32,000 nt of DNA from Aliivibrio fischeri ES114 (GTDB lineage: Bacteria; Pseudomonadota; Gammaproteobacteria; Enterobacterales; Vibrionaceae), in NCBI RefSeq assembly GCF_000011805.1, contig NC_006840.2; one strand, given 5' to 3'. This document shows positions 9,006 through 19,043 of this stretch, piece after piece; the first letter of the stretch is position 1; each line of letters opens with the position of its first letter. The position numbers were made by a program, and so were the translations under genes. The notes under the pieces are model-generated. The model was not told where the DNA came from, ran no database searches, and saw only the letters and a program-made list of their open reading frames with translations.

Positions 9006-9602
9006 ATGATGACTTTTCCTCTCAAAAAAAATCAAATAAAACAACGACAAAATAGGAATGGCTTTACTTTGGTTGAGCTCATCGTTGTGATCCTGCTACT
9101 TGCTATTATTGCTGTTTACACCGCCAGTAAATACATGGGAGCAAGCCGTTTTTCATCGGCTGCAGCTCAAGAGCAAGTTTTGTCTATTTTGCGTCATGTT
9201 CAAATTGCATCAATGCAAACTAACACCTCTCATATTAATAATGCGTGTCGTTCGGTTCTTACATCATCGAATCAATTTGGTGTGGATTCTGCGTGCCAAA
9301 ACCAAGGTATGGCGAGTGCGGTATTATCAGATTACTCCAAAGAAAATGATCGTGAAAATCTGGATATGATCCGGTTAAGTTATGCCTTTAATACGGCAAG
9401 TGGTGCCGTAGCAATTTCAGCTCTTTCGTTTGATTTATTGGGGAGACCAATAATTCCGGTATCACCAAATTTGATTCTCTGCACCCAAGAAGATTGCCGC
9501 ATCACGATTACAACCCCTGCAACAAATGAAAGTCGTTCTGTCTGTATCAATAACGAAGGCTTTATGTATCGTTCTTTGCAAAATATGAGTTGTAAAATAT
9601 GA
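9006..9602 (+). CDS. mshC: MSHA pilin protein MshC (minor prepilin-like)
   Basis: Prepilin motif NRNG|FTLVELIVVILLLAIIAVYTASKYMG; position. Confidence 0.9.
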   Translation: MMTFPLKKNQIKQRQNRNGFTLVELIVVILLLAIIAVYTASKYMGASRFSSAAAQEQVLSILRHVQIASMQTNTSHINNACRSVLTSSNQFGVDSACQNQGMASAVLSDYSKENDRENLDMIRLSYAFNTASGAVAISALSFDLLGRPIIPVSPNLILCTQEDCRITITTPATNESRSVCINNEGFMYRSLQNMSCKI

Positions 9603-10180
9603 AAGGAAGCCTGAATACACAACGAGGTTTAACCTTGATTGAGTCGATCGTAGGTATTGTGATCTTAGGGTTTGCATTATCGGTATTGGTATCTGGTGTG
9701 TTTACTTCTTCTTCCACTTCTCATAAAGCGACTTATCAAGCACAAGCTGCCACGCTTGGCCACTCTGTAGTGACGGATATTTTAAGTCGTCAGTTTGATG
9801 AAAATAGCGATCCTAATGGTGGAAAATATCGATGTGGTGAAAAGAATGGCAGTGGAATACGCATTAGTTGCTCTATGAATTTAGGTAAAGATGGGATTGA
9901 AACCATCGCAGCCACATTCAATGATGTTGATGACTTCATTGGTTGCTGGGGAGAGGTTTCTGTATGTTCTTCAACTAGCTTGCCGCAATACCAATTAGGT
10001 GATCTTATTGGTGTCTCTAATGCCGATGAGTATAAAAGTTTTACGGTTGAAATAACGGTTAACTATAACGATGTTGATAATTCAGGTACGGTAATAACAC
10101 CGTATAAGCTTATTAGAGTAACCCTCTATGGAAGTAACCATGCCAAGTACACTTTTAGTGCGTATCGAGGTAATTACTAA
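9599..10180 (+). CDS. mshD: MSHA pilin protein MshD
   Basis: RG|LTLIESIVGIVILGFALSVLVSGVFTSS prepilin motif; overlaps mshC by 4 nt (ATGA). Confidence 0.9.
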   Translation: MKGSLNTQRGLTLIESIVGIVILGFALSVLVSGVFTSSSTSHKATYQAQAATLGHSVVTDILSRQFDENSDPNGGKYRCGEKNGSGIRISCSMNLGKDGIETIAATFNDVDDFIGCWGEVSVCSSTSLPQYQLGDLIGVSNADEYKSFTVEITVNYNDVDNSGTVITPYKLIRVTLYGSNHAKYTFSAYRGNY

Positions 10181-10905
10181 TGAAACGTGCATTAGGGTTT
10201 ACGTTAATTGAGCTTATTTTAACCATTGTCGTTGTTGGGCTTGTAGCCTTGGCGGCGAGTAATACATTACAACTTGGCTTTCAAAGTTATAACGACAGCA
10301 TTGATCGTCAAGATAATCAAATGCAGGCTAAATTCTTAATTGAAAAGTTAAGTCGTGAATTACGTCACGCCGTTCCCAATAGCGTTGAAGTTACTTCAAA
10401 TAATCAGTGTATTAGTTTTGTTCCTATTGAAAGTAGTGCATTTTATTTGTCTTTTCCTTTGATAAATCAAAAAACAATCGATGTGGTTGTATTATCAGAA
10501 CTTTCTTTGAATACGAATAATCTACGTTTGATAATTAACCCAAGCACCCAAGATGATTTACTTCAAGAAGAAAACCATAGATACGTAACGGTAGATACCA
10601 TTGCTGTTTCTGGTGGAGTATCAACAGTTACATTCTCAAGCAATAATAATCCCGCTTTCATATCAAATTCCGTTTCTGAACGCGCATTTTTCTATCATCC
10701 TCATCCTATCGAATATTGCATTGTGGGGGATGGTGTTTTTCGGTCAAATACACAACTCATTAATCAGGTTCATAATGGTCATTTCTCTTTTGAAAATGCA
10801 TCAATTCAACGTAATAGCATAATGAAGTTAGTGTTAGCTTTTAAAAGTGACCTTGGTGAAATGACTCAATATCAACATGATGTGCAGGTGATAAATGTTC
10901 CCTAA
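10180..10905 (+). CDS. mshO: MSHA biogenesis protein MshO (prepilin-like)
   Basis: MKRALG|FTLIELILTIVVVGLVALAASNTLQLG; overlaps mshD stop by 1 nt. Confidence 0.9.
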   Translation: MKRALGFTLIELILTIVVVGLVALAASNTLQLGFQSYNDSIDRQDNQMQAKFLIEKLSRELRHAVPNSVEVTSNNQCISFVPIESSAFYLSFPLINQKTIDVVVLSELSLNTNNLRLIINPSTQDDLLQEENHRYVTVDTIAVSGGVSTVTFSSNNNPAFISNSVSERAFFYHPHPIEYCIVGDGVFRSNTQLINQVHNGHFSFENASIQRNSIMKLVLAFKSDLGEMTQYQHDVQVINVP

Positions 10906-11329
10906 TAAAAGAAAGCAAAAGGGTAATTTGTTGGTTATGTCCATTGTTGTCATGGTGGTGGTTGGCTTTTTATCTCTTAATTTATTAAAAGTGGAAAGCA
11001 GTAATCATGACACGCTTTCTAAAGAAGTATTGGGGACTCAAGCATGGTTTTTAGCGCATTCGGGGGCTGAATGGGGATTAACTCAACTTTTTCCTCTTGG
11101 GGTTTCAGGTGCTGATACAAGTATCTGTAATGGCGTGGTTCGTCGCCCTAGTATGAAATCAGATGAGAGCGGCTGTAAACAAGAACCAGAAGTTGTATGC
11201 GTGAGAAATACGATGAATTATCACAGTGAAGAGATTCAATATTTCAAAATTACAAGTTCAGTAACTTGTGGTTCTGGTATTGATCAAGTTACACGAGTTC
11301 AAGAAGTATGGGCAAAGGAGATTAACTGA
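10895..11329 (+). CDS. mshP: MSHA biogenesis protein MshP
   Basis: PilX-like N-terminal TM (KQKGNLLVMSIVVMVVVGFLSLNLL) and AHSGAEWGL motif; between mshO and mshQ. Confidence 0.85.
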   Translation: MFPNKRKQKGNLLVMSIVVMVVVGFLSLNLLKVESSNHDTLSKEVLGTQAWFLAHSGAEWGLTQLFPLGVSGADTSICNGVVRRPSMKSDESGCKQEPEVVCVRNTMNYHSEEIQYFKITSSVTCGSGIDQVTRVQEVWAKEIN

Positions 11330-14300
11330 TGAATATAGTATGGCGAGTAATATTTATTTGTTTATCTTTGGTTTCTTTGTCTTTGCAGGCTCAAGATTTT
11401 ACCATTCCACCTCAACAATGTGATGCATTTAATGGGATGCAGACGTGGAGAAATAACTCTGTAAATTTAATTACTATGGAAAACCATGCAGTAGTCTCAG
11501 GGGGCGGGAGTATTAAAGGGCAAGTAAGGTTTACCAATGACATTGTTAATCAATATCCTGGATTTATACCAGAAGTGCCTATCGAACATGGATTATGTGA
11601 TGGGAAAAGCTGCTCTTTATCTAATGATAGTGATTTACCTGATTTTTTGAATTTTAGTTGGCAAGTTTCTTCAGAAGCTCGAATTATTAATGGATATGAT
11701 TCAAATTGGGATGATCAAAAAGTTTTTCAGAGAACTACATATTTTAAGAACCCTTATGGTATAGGGAGTCATACGGGGTTTAGCGTTAAATCATCACATA
11801 CAGTGTTGTTCAAATCAGGAGAATATTGGTTTGATGATATGAGGGTTTTAGGCAATATTGAAATTGAAGGTGATGTTATTTTTCATGTTCAAGATAAGAT
11901 CGATTTTGCTAGAAATGTAAATGCTAATAATGGTGGAACCCTTTTTATCTACTCCTATAAAGACAGCGGGTGTGAATCAACGATTGATATATCACCGAAC
12001 CAGCCTTTAGTTAATCAAGATTATAGTTTGAATTTAAATACTGATGCCTATGTCAATGGTTATATATATACCAAAGGTTCCATGACATTAACTAACGGTG
12101 CAAAAGTTAGAGGTGCGGTTACAGCCTGTCAGATTGCCATGAGTAATGATTCTGAATTTATTCATGAACCTCTTACAAATTGTGGATCAAATAGTTATCA
12201 ACTCGTCATCTCCCCAACTTCGGGTAAAGGTCTTGCTTGTGATGGTATCGAAATTGATTTTTCTCTTGTTGATTCAAATGGCGATGTTGTTGAAGGTAAA
12301 GGACAAGAACTACAAGTAACCAGTGCACCTGTTGCTACTGGAGATAGAAATTCAGCGTGTTGGAGTGACGATGGAAACATTACAACTCCCGAATGTAATC
12401 ATGCTGATGACAGCCGTTTTGAAACGGTGTTTCCGTCAAGTGGCCCAGCAGTGGTTACTCGATATATTCATAGCAAATTCTTAAACTCTTATAACGTTTC
12501 AGCCAGTGTTAGTAGTGAAAATCTAACTACGACAGAAGGACCGTATGAGTTTATCGCTAAAGCAATCAGCATTGTTCCATCTGAAGGTGTTGATGGTTCT
12601 GATAGCAATCAAGTAGCAGGGCGTCCTTATCCTTTTAGACTGAAGATTCGTGGTAAAGAAAACGGAAATGGCAACATGTTAAATTGTCATATTATTAAAG
12701 AAACGACGGACATTAATGTTACTTTTTCGAATTCAGTCTTACCTGCGACAAGTAATGAGAGCATTGAAATCAAAAAAGAAGGCAGCAGCTGGGCTGAAGC
12801 AAACAAAAGTTTATCGATTTCATTTGTGAATGGTGTTGCTGGTGGAGATGAAAATCAAGCTGATGGTTCTCTTCAAGCTCGATTGAATGATGCTGGAAAG
12901 GCAAAGTTAACAGCCAGTGCAAATATTCAAGGTGATACGTTTACGACCTCTGAGAAATTTTATTTTCGTCCTTTTACCGCAGCATTGTGTGATCAATCAT
13001 CTGCATTACCGTCTTATACCGATGAGCTTAATGGCGCTTACTTGACTTCTGGAACTGATTTTAATGCTTACTTAAAAGCGGTGAATTGGATTAAAGAGTT
13101 AGATTCTGGAACTTATGGGAATGGAATTCCTGATCATGATAATCCATCTTTAGTTTGCAGTCAGGTTGCGACGCCAAGCTATATTACTCATAGTGAAGGG
13201 AATGCTAAATTAAATCTATCTTCTCAATTAGATTACCCATTATCAGGTGCAATAGGCGTCATTACTGTTGATGGGCAACCTATTGCGGATTTTAATAAAG
13301 AAGTGACAAGTGAAAATCAAAACTCATCAACTAAGATAAATTGGAATGAAGTAGGTACATTAAGTTTTGATGTGTTCCAGAATGATTATTTTAATCGTTC
13401 TGGATTTAATATTCCGTCAACGGCTTCTAAGGTGGGGCGCTTTTACCCTGCATATTTTTCTATCACAAATACCGAATGGGATTATCCTCAAAAGCAAGGC
13501 ACATCAGAGGGTAGTTTTGTATATATGGACCAATTTTTTAAAAATGTTGATTTTCAAGTTACAGCTTATAGTGCTTTAGATTCAGAGGTCACCAACTATG
13601 GTCTGTTTAACAATGAGTTAAAATCTAGGTTCTCATTGGGTGGGGAATATGCTTCTCGCTTAAATATTACTGATGTGGATTTAGATGAAACGCATTGGAG
13701 TGATAAGGCTGTATGGCAAGTTACGAATTTAGATCATGCTGTGACTTGGTCAAAAAAAGAGGGGGCACCTTCATTTGGAAATCGTACTACGGTGGTTGAT
13801 GGTCCGTTTAATGCGTCGGGACACTCAAGTTCAGAAATCACAAGTTTAGGCTTAAAAATTAGTGGTGCAGATCCTGTCACCTTCATTAAAGATCAACAAT
13901 CAGCAGAGGTCGAACTTTTATCTCAACCTGATGTTCGTTATGGGCGAATGGTATTGGATAATGTAGGTGTTGCTTCAGGGCTATCTGTATCAGTGCCTCT
14001 TAGAGTTGAATATTGGGATGGTCAGCGTTTTATTTTAAGTAAAGATGATGACGCAGCCGTATTTAATGGTTCATATCATTATAAGCAAACAATTTGGCCT
14101 GAATCTGATAAGGAAAGCGCTGCGAAATTAATGGGAACTGGTGGCATTAAATCTGGTCTTAACTCAATTGATCTAATAGCAGAACCCGATAACAGTCAGT
14201 TAAGAGAGCAGATCCGTTTTTGGTTGTGCTTATCTGAAGGTTCGCCACAATTAAGTGAAAAGCATACACATTGTGAATCAAAACCATCGGGTTTATACCT

Positions 14301-14436
14301 ACAACCTTGGTTACAATTCAATTGGCGGGGCAAAGGAGATGAAGATCCTTCGACGCTTGTCACTTTTGGGGTGTATCGAGGTAATGATCGTGTTATTTTT
14401 CGTGGTGAAAGTAACATTATTGGTACTTCTAACTAA
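11329..14436 (+). CDS. mshQ: MSHA biogenesis protein MshQ, large exported protein at the pilus operon end
   Basis: 1035-aa ORF with signal peptide (MNIVWRVIFICLSLVSLSLQAQ), Cys-containing, beta-rich composition; position as last gene of the operon. Confidence 0.87.
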   Translation: MNIVWRVIFICLSLVSLSLQAQDFTIPPQQCDAFNGMQTWRNNSVNLITMENHAVVSGGGSIKGQVRFTNDIVNQYPGFIPEVPIEHGLCDGKSCSLSNDSDLPDFLNFSWQVSSEARIINGYDSNWDDQKVFQRTTYFKNPYGIGSHTGFSVKSSHTVLFKSGEYWFDDMRVLGNIEIEGDVIFHVQDKIDFARNVNANNGGTLFIYSYKDSGCESTIDISPNQPLVNQDYSLNLNTDAYVNGYIYTKGSMTLTNGAKVRGAVTACQIAMSNDSEFIHEPLTNCGSNSYQLVISPTSGKGLACDGIEIDFSLVDSNGDVVEGKGQELQVTSAPVATGDRNSACWSDDGNITTPECNHADDSRFETVFPSSGPAVVTRYIHSKFLNSYNVSASVSSENLTTTEGPYEFIAKAISIVPSEGVDGSDSNQVAGRPYPFRLKIRGKENGNGNMLNCHIIKETTDINVTFSNSVLPATSNESIEIKKEGSSWAEANKSLSISFVNGVAGGDENQADGSLQARLNDAGKAKLTASANIQGDTFTTSEKFYFRPFTAALCDQSSALPSYTDELNGAYLTSGTDFNAYLKAVNWIKELDSGTYGNGIPDHDNPSLVCSQVATPSYITHSEGNAKLNLSSQLDYPLSGAIGVITVDGQPIADFNKEVTSENQNSSTKINWNEVGTLSFDVFQNDYFNRSGFNIPSTASKVGRFYPAYFSITNTEWDYPQKQGTSEGSFVYMDQFFKNVDFQVTAYSALDSEVTNYGLFNNELKSRFSLGGEYASRLNITDVDLDETHWSDKAVWQVTNLDHAVTWSKKEGAPSFGNRTTVVDGPFNASGHSSSEITSLGLKISGADPVTFIKDQQSAEVELLSQPDVRYGRMVLDNVGVASGLSVSVPLRVEYWDGQRFILSKDDDAAVFNGSYHYKQTIWPESDKESAAKLMGTGGIKSGLNSIDLIAEPDNSQLREQIRFWLCLSEGSPQLSEKHTHCESKPSGLYLQPWLQFNWRGKGDEDPSTLVTFGVYRGNDRVIFRGESNIIGTSN

Positions 14437-14448
14437 AAAATGAATAAA

Positions 14449-15602
<1,154 letters not shown>

Positions 15603-15625
15603 TAACAGTTAACGGGTGAGTGGAT

Positions 15626-16477
15626 ATGACTCCAATCTTTGGTAGAGGTCCTTCTCTACAATTTCGCCTGTTTATTGCAGTAATGGTATCGGCTAGCCTA
15701 ATGTTAGCCGATAGTCGTTTAAATACCTTTTCCGACATACGTTACCTATTAAATAGCTTTGTTTCCCCAATTCATTACGCGGCAAACCTTCCTCGTACAA
15801 TGTTTAATGGCATGTATGAACGGTTTAATAGCCGTAATACCCTCATGCTTGAAAATCAACGCCTTAAGCAAGAAATGTTTGTCCAAAACAGCAATTTATT
15901 GCTCATGGAACAACTGAAACAAGAAAATAGCCGTTTACGTAATTTACTCGGTTCACCATTTATTCGTGATGAGAAAAAGATGGTTACGGAAGTAATGGCG
16001 GTGGATTCTGCACCTTATACACATCAAGTGATGATTGATAAAGGTGCCGCTGATGGCGTATACGAAGGCCAGCCCGTCATTAGTGATAAAGGTATTGTTG
16101 GGCAAATTAACAATGTTGGAGCACATAACAGCCGAGTGTTGTTATTAACGGATGCAAATAATGCAATTCCGGTGCAGGCAGTTCGAAATGACATTCGTGT
16201 TATTGCATCGGGCAAAGGCCACTTAGATACGATGCAACTTGAGCACATACCAACAAATACTGACTTAAAGGTTGGGGATTTATTGGTAACTTCTGGTTTA
16301 GGTTTAGTTTACCCAGAAGGGTACCCGGTTGGGTATATATCTAAAATAGATAATGATAATAAGCGTCCGTTTGCGTCTATTGATATAGAAACTACGGTTG
16401 AATTTGATAAATTGCGTTATTTATTACTAGTATGGCCAACTGGAAAAGCACCAGAGGAGATATCTGATGGCGAGTAG
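15626..16477 (+). CDS. mreC: Rod shape-determining protein MreC
   Basis: MTPIFGRGPSLQFRLFIAVMVSASLMLAD...; coiled coil then beta domain; directly after mreB. ATG at 15626 preferred over the upstream GTG at 15620. Confidence 0.97.
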   Translation: MTPIFGRGPSLQFRLFIAVMVSASLMLADSRLNTFSDIRYLLNSFVSPIHYAANLPRTMFNGMYERFNSRNTLMLENQRLKQEMFVQNSNLLLMEQLKQENSRLRNLLGSPFIRDEKKMVTEVMAVDSAPYTHQVMIDKGAADGVYEGQPVISDKGIVGQINNVGAHNSRVLLLTDANNAIPVQAVRNDIRVIASGKGHLDTMQLEHIPTNTDLKVGDLLVTSGLGLVYPEGYPVGYISKIDNDNKRPFASIDIETTVEFDKLRYLLLVWPTGKAPEEISDGE

Positions 16478-16958
16478 TCATTTAATGCGTGGAAGAGTCA
16501 TTATTTGGCTTTCTTTTTTAATCGCATTAACCTTGCAAGCAGCTCCTTGGCCTGGCGCTTTAGAGGTTCTAAGACCGTCGTGGATTATTTTGGTCACCTT
16601 TTATTGGGTACTCGCTTTACCACATCGAGTTAATGTGGGAACAGCAATGGTGCTTGGTATTTTATGGGACTTACTATTAGGCACCACCCTTGGTATTCGT
16701 GGTATGACCATGGCCATATTGGTTTATTTGGTCGCCGCTAACTTTAAGGTCTTGAGAAACTTAGCCTTATGGCAACAAGCTGCAATATTCTCTGGTTTGA
16801 CCCTGTTAGGGAAAGTATTAGAGTTTATGGGGGAGTTTTTAGTTCATGATGTGTCCTTTAACGCACATTTTTTATGGGCAGGCGTGTTAAACTTCCTACT
16901 ATGGCCTTGGTTGTTTTTGTTAATGCGAAGAGTTCGCCGTCATTGGTCAATTCGATAG
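16467..16958 (+). CDS. mreD: Rod shape-determining protein MreD
   Basis: 163-aa multi-TM protein overlapping the mreC 3' end by 11 nt, conserved mreBCD order. Confidence 0.95.
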   Translation: MASSHLMRGRVIIWLSFLIALTLQAAPWPGALEVLRPSWIILVTFYWVLALPHRVNVGTAMVLGILWDLLLGTTLGIRGMTMAILVYLVAANFKVLRNLALWQQAAIFSGLTLLGKVLEFMGEFLVHDVSFNAHFLWAGVLNFLLWPWLFLLMRRVRRHWSIR

Positions 16959-16968
16959 GAAAGCAAGA

Positions 16969-17544
16969 ATGGAAGCGCAAGTTTTCTTAGCGTCAGGATC
17001 TCCGAGAAGAAAAGAGTTGTTAACCCAATTAGGTTATCAATTTGATGTGTTATCGGTGGATGTTGAAGAGATACATCAAGAGCATGAAACGCCATTGATG
17101 TATGTAGAGCGCTTATCTAAAGATAAGGCTCAAGCTGGCGTTAAAGCGATAGAAAAAACAAAGAATAAATATACCCCAGTCTTGGGCTCTGACACCATCG
17201 TTGTTATCGATGGTGTTATTTTAGAAAAACCAAAAGATTTTAAAGATGCTAAGAGAATGCTCTTGGCACTGTCTGGTCGTCAACATCAAGTAATGACTGC
17301 TGTAACGATTGCCACGCCTGAAAAAATAAGAACCAAAACAGTAATCACTCAGGTATGGTTTAAAACACTTTCTGAACAAGAAATAGAACAATATTGGGAA
17401 AGTGGGGAGCCTTGCGATAAAGCGGGTTCATACGGTATTCAAGGTAGTGGTGGGCGATTTGTCTCGCGTATTGATGGCAGCTATCACGCTGTCATGGGAC
17501 TGCCTTTGATGGAAACAGATCAGCTCTTACACCAATTTTTGTAA
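16969..17544 (+). CDS. Maf/YhdE family nucleotide pyrophosphatase
   Basis: VFLASGSPRRKELLTQLGYQFDV, VLGSDTIVVIDGVILEKPKD, GSYGIQG; Maf-family motifs, between mreD and rng. Confidence 0.95.
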   Translation: MEAQVFLASGSPRRKELLTQLGYQFDVLSVDVEEIHQEHETPLMYVERLSKDKAQAGVKAIEKTKNKYTPVLGSDTIVVIDGVILEKPKDFKDAKRMLLALSGRQHQVMTAVTIATPEKIRTKTVITQVWFKTLSEQEIEQYWESGEPCDKAGSYGIQGSGGRFVSRIDGSYHAVMGLPLMETDQLLHQFL

Positions 17545-17562
17545 AATTAGTGAGGTGCTCCA

Positions 17563-19032
17563 ATGAGTACAGAGTTGTTAATAAACGTAACCCCGAGTGA
17601 AACTCGAGTTGCGATGATTGAAGCCGGTGTGCTTCAAGAAGTTCACGTTGAAAGAGAAGCAAGGCGCGGTATTGTTGGTAATATTTATAAAGGCCGTGTA
17701 AGCCGAGTATTACCGGGGATGCAAGCTGCGTTTATTGATATCGGTTTGGATAAAGCCGCATTTCTTCACGCCTCAGATATTGTCCCTCATACTGAATGTG
17801 TTTCTGAAAATGAAAAACGTCAATTCCAAGTAAGGGATATTTCACAGCTTGTCCACCAAGGGCAAGATCTCGTTGTACAAGTAGTCAAAGATCCTCTTGG
17901 TACAAAAGGTGCTCGCTTGACAACCGATATTACTCTGCCTTCTCGTTACTTGGTGTTTATGCCTGGGGCAAGTCATGTTGGTGTATCTCAACGCATTGAA
18001 AGCGAGAAAGAGCGTAATCGTTTAAAAGATACCGTCTCTGATTATTGTGATGAGTTTGGTGGTTTTATTATTCGAACCGCAGCTGAAGGAGCGAGTGAAG
18101 CTGAGATCTCACAAGATGCCGCTTTCTTAAAACGTTTATGGCATAAAGTAATTGAACGTCGTAAAAAGAACAAAACAAAGTCAATGCTTTATGGTGAGTT
18201 AGGTTTAGACCAACGCATTTTACGTGATTTTGTGGGCACAGAGCTTGATCTGATTCGTGTGGATTCAAAGCTAGCATTTGAGAAGCTAAAAGAATTTACA
18301 ACAGAATTCGTACCTGAATTAACAAAGAAATTGGAATATTACTCAGGTGATAAACCTATTTTTGACATGTATGAAACTGAGAATGAAATTCAACGAGCAC
18401 TTGATCGTAAAGTAGAATTAAAATCTGGCGGTTATCTGATTATCGATCAAACCGAAGCTATGACTACCGTGGACATAAATACCGGTGCTTTTGTTGGTCG
18501 ACGCAATTTAGAAGAAACCATTTTTAATACCAATATTGAAGCTACACAAGCGATAGCTCGTCAACTTCGCTTACGGAATTTAGGTGGGATCATCATTATT
18601 GATTTCATTGATATGCTAAGTGAAGAGCATCGACGTCGCGTTCTCCAGTCTTTAGGCTCTGCTTTAGAAAAAGATCGTGTAAAAACCAACATCAATGGTT
18701 TTACACAACTTGGTTTAGTTGAGATGACTCGTAAACGAACTCGAGAAAGTATTGAACATATATTATGTGGTCAATGTCCTACTTGTGAAGGTCGTGGAGC
18801 GGTGAAAACAGTGGAGAGCGTATGTTACGAAATTTTACGTGAAATCACGCGTGTAAATCGTGCGTACGACTCTGATAAGTTTGTTGTTTATGCATCTGTA
18901 GCTGTTGCTGATGCCCTTGAAGGGGAAGAGTCTCATGCATTAGCTGAACTTGAACTCTTTATTGGTAAACAAGTTAAAATTCAAGCTGAACCTCTTTATA
19001 TCCAAGAGCAGTTTGACGTCGTTATGATGTAA
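17563..19032 (+). CDS. rng: Ribonuclease G
   Basis: MSTELLINVTPSETRVAMIEAGVLQEVHVERE...GNIYKGRVSRVLPGMQAAFIDIGLDKAAFLHASDI (S1 domain), DIDFIDM catalytic region, CGQCPTCEGRG Zn link. Confidence 0.98.
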   Translation: MSTELLINVTPSETRVAMIEAGVLQEVHVEREARRGIVGNIYKGRVSRVLPGMQAAFIDIGLDKAAFLHASDIVPHTECVSENEKRQFQVRDISQLVHQGQDLVVQVVKDPLGTKGARLTTDITLPSRYLVFMPGASHVGVSQRIESEKERNRLKDTVSDYCDEFGGFIIRTAAEGASEAEISQDAAFLKRLWHKVIERRKKNKTKSMLYGELGLDQRILRDFVGTELDLIRVDSKLAFEKLKEFTTEFVPELTKKLEYYSGDKPIFDMYETENEIQRALDRKVELKSGGYLIIDQTEAMTTVDINTGAFVGRRNLEETIFNTNIEATQAIARQLRLRNLGGIIIIDFIDMLSEEHRRRVLQSLGSALEKDRVKTNINGFTQLGLVEMTRKRTRESIEHILCGQCPTCEGRGAVKTVESVCYEILREITRVNRAYDSDKFVVYASVAVADALEGEESHALAELELFIGKQVKIQAEPLYIQEQFDVVMM

Positions 19033-19043
19033 GAGAAAAATAA

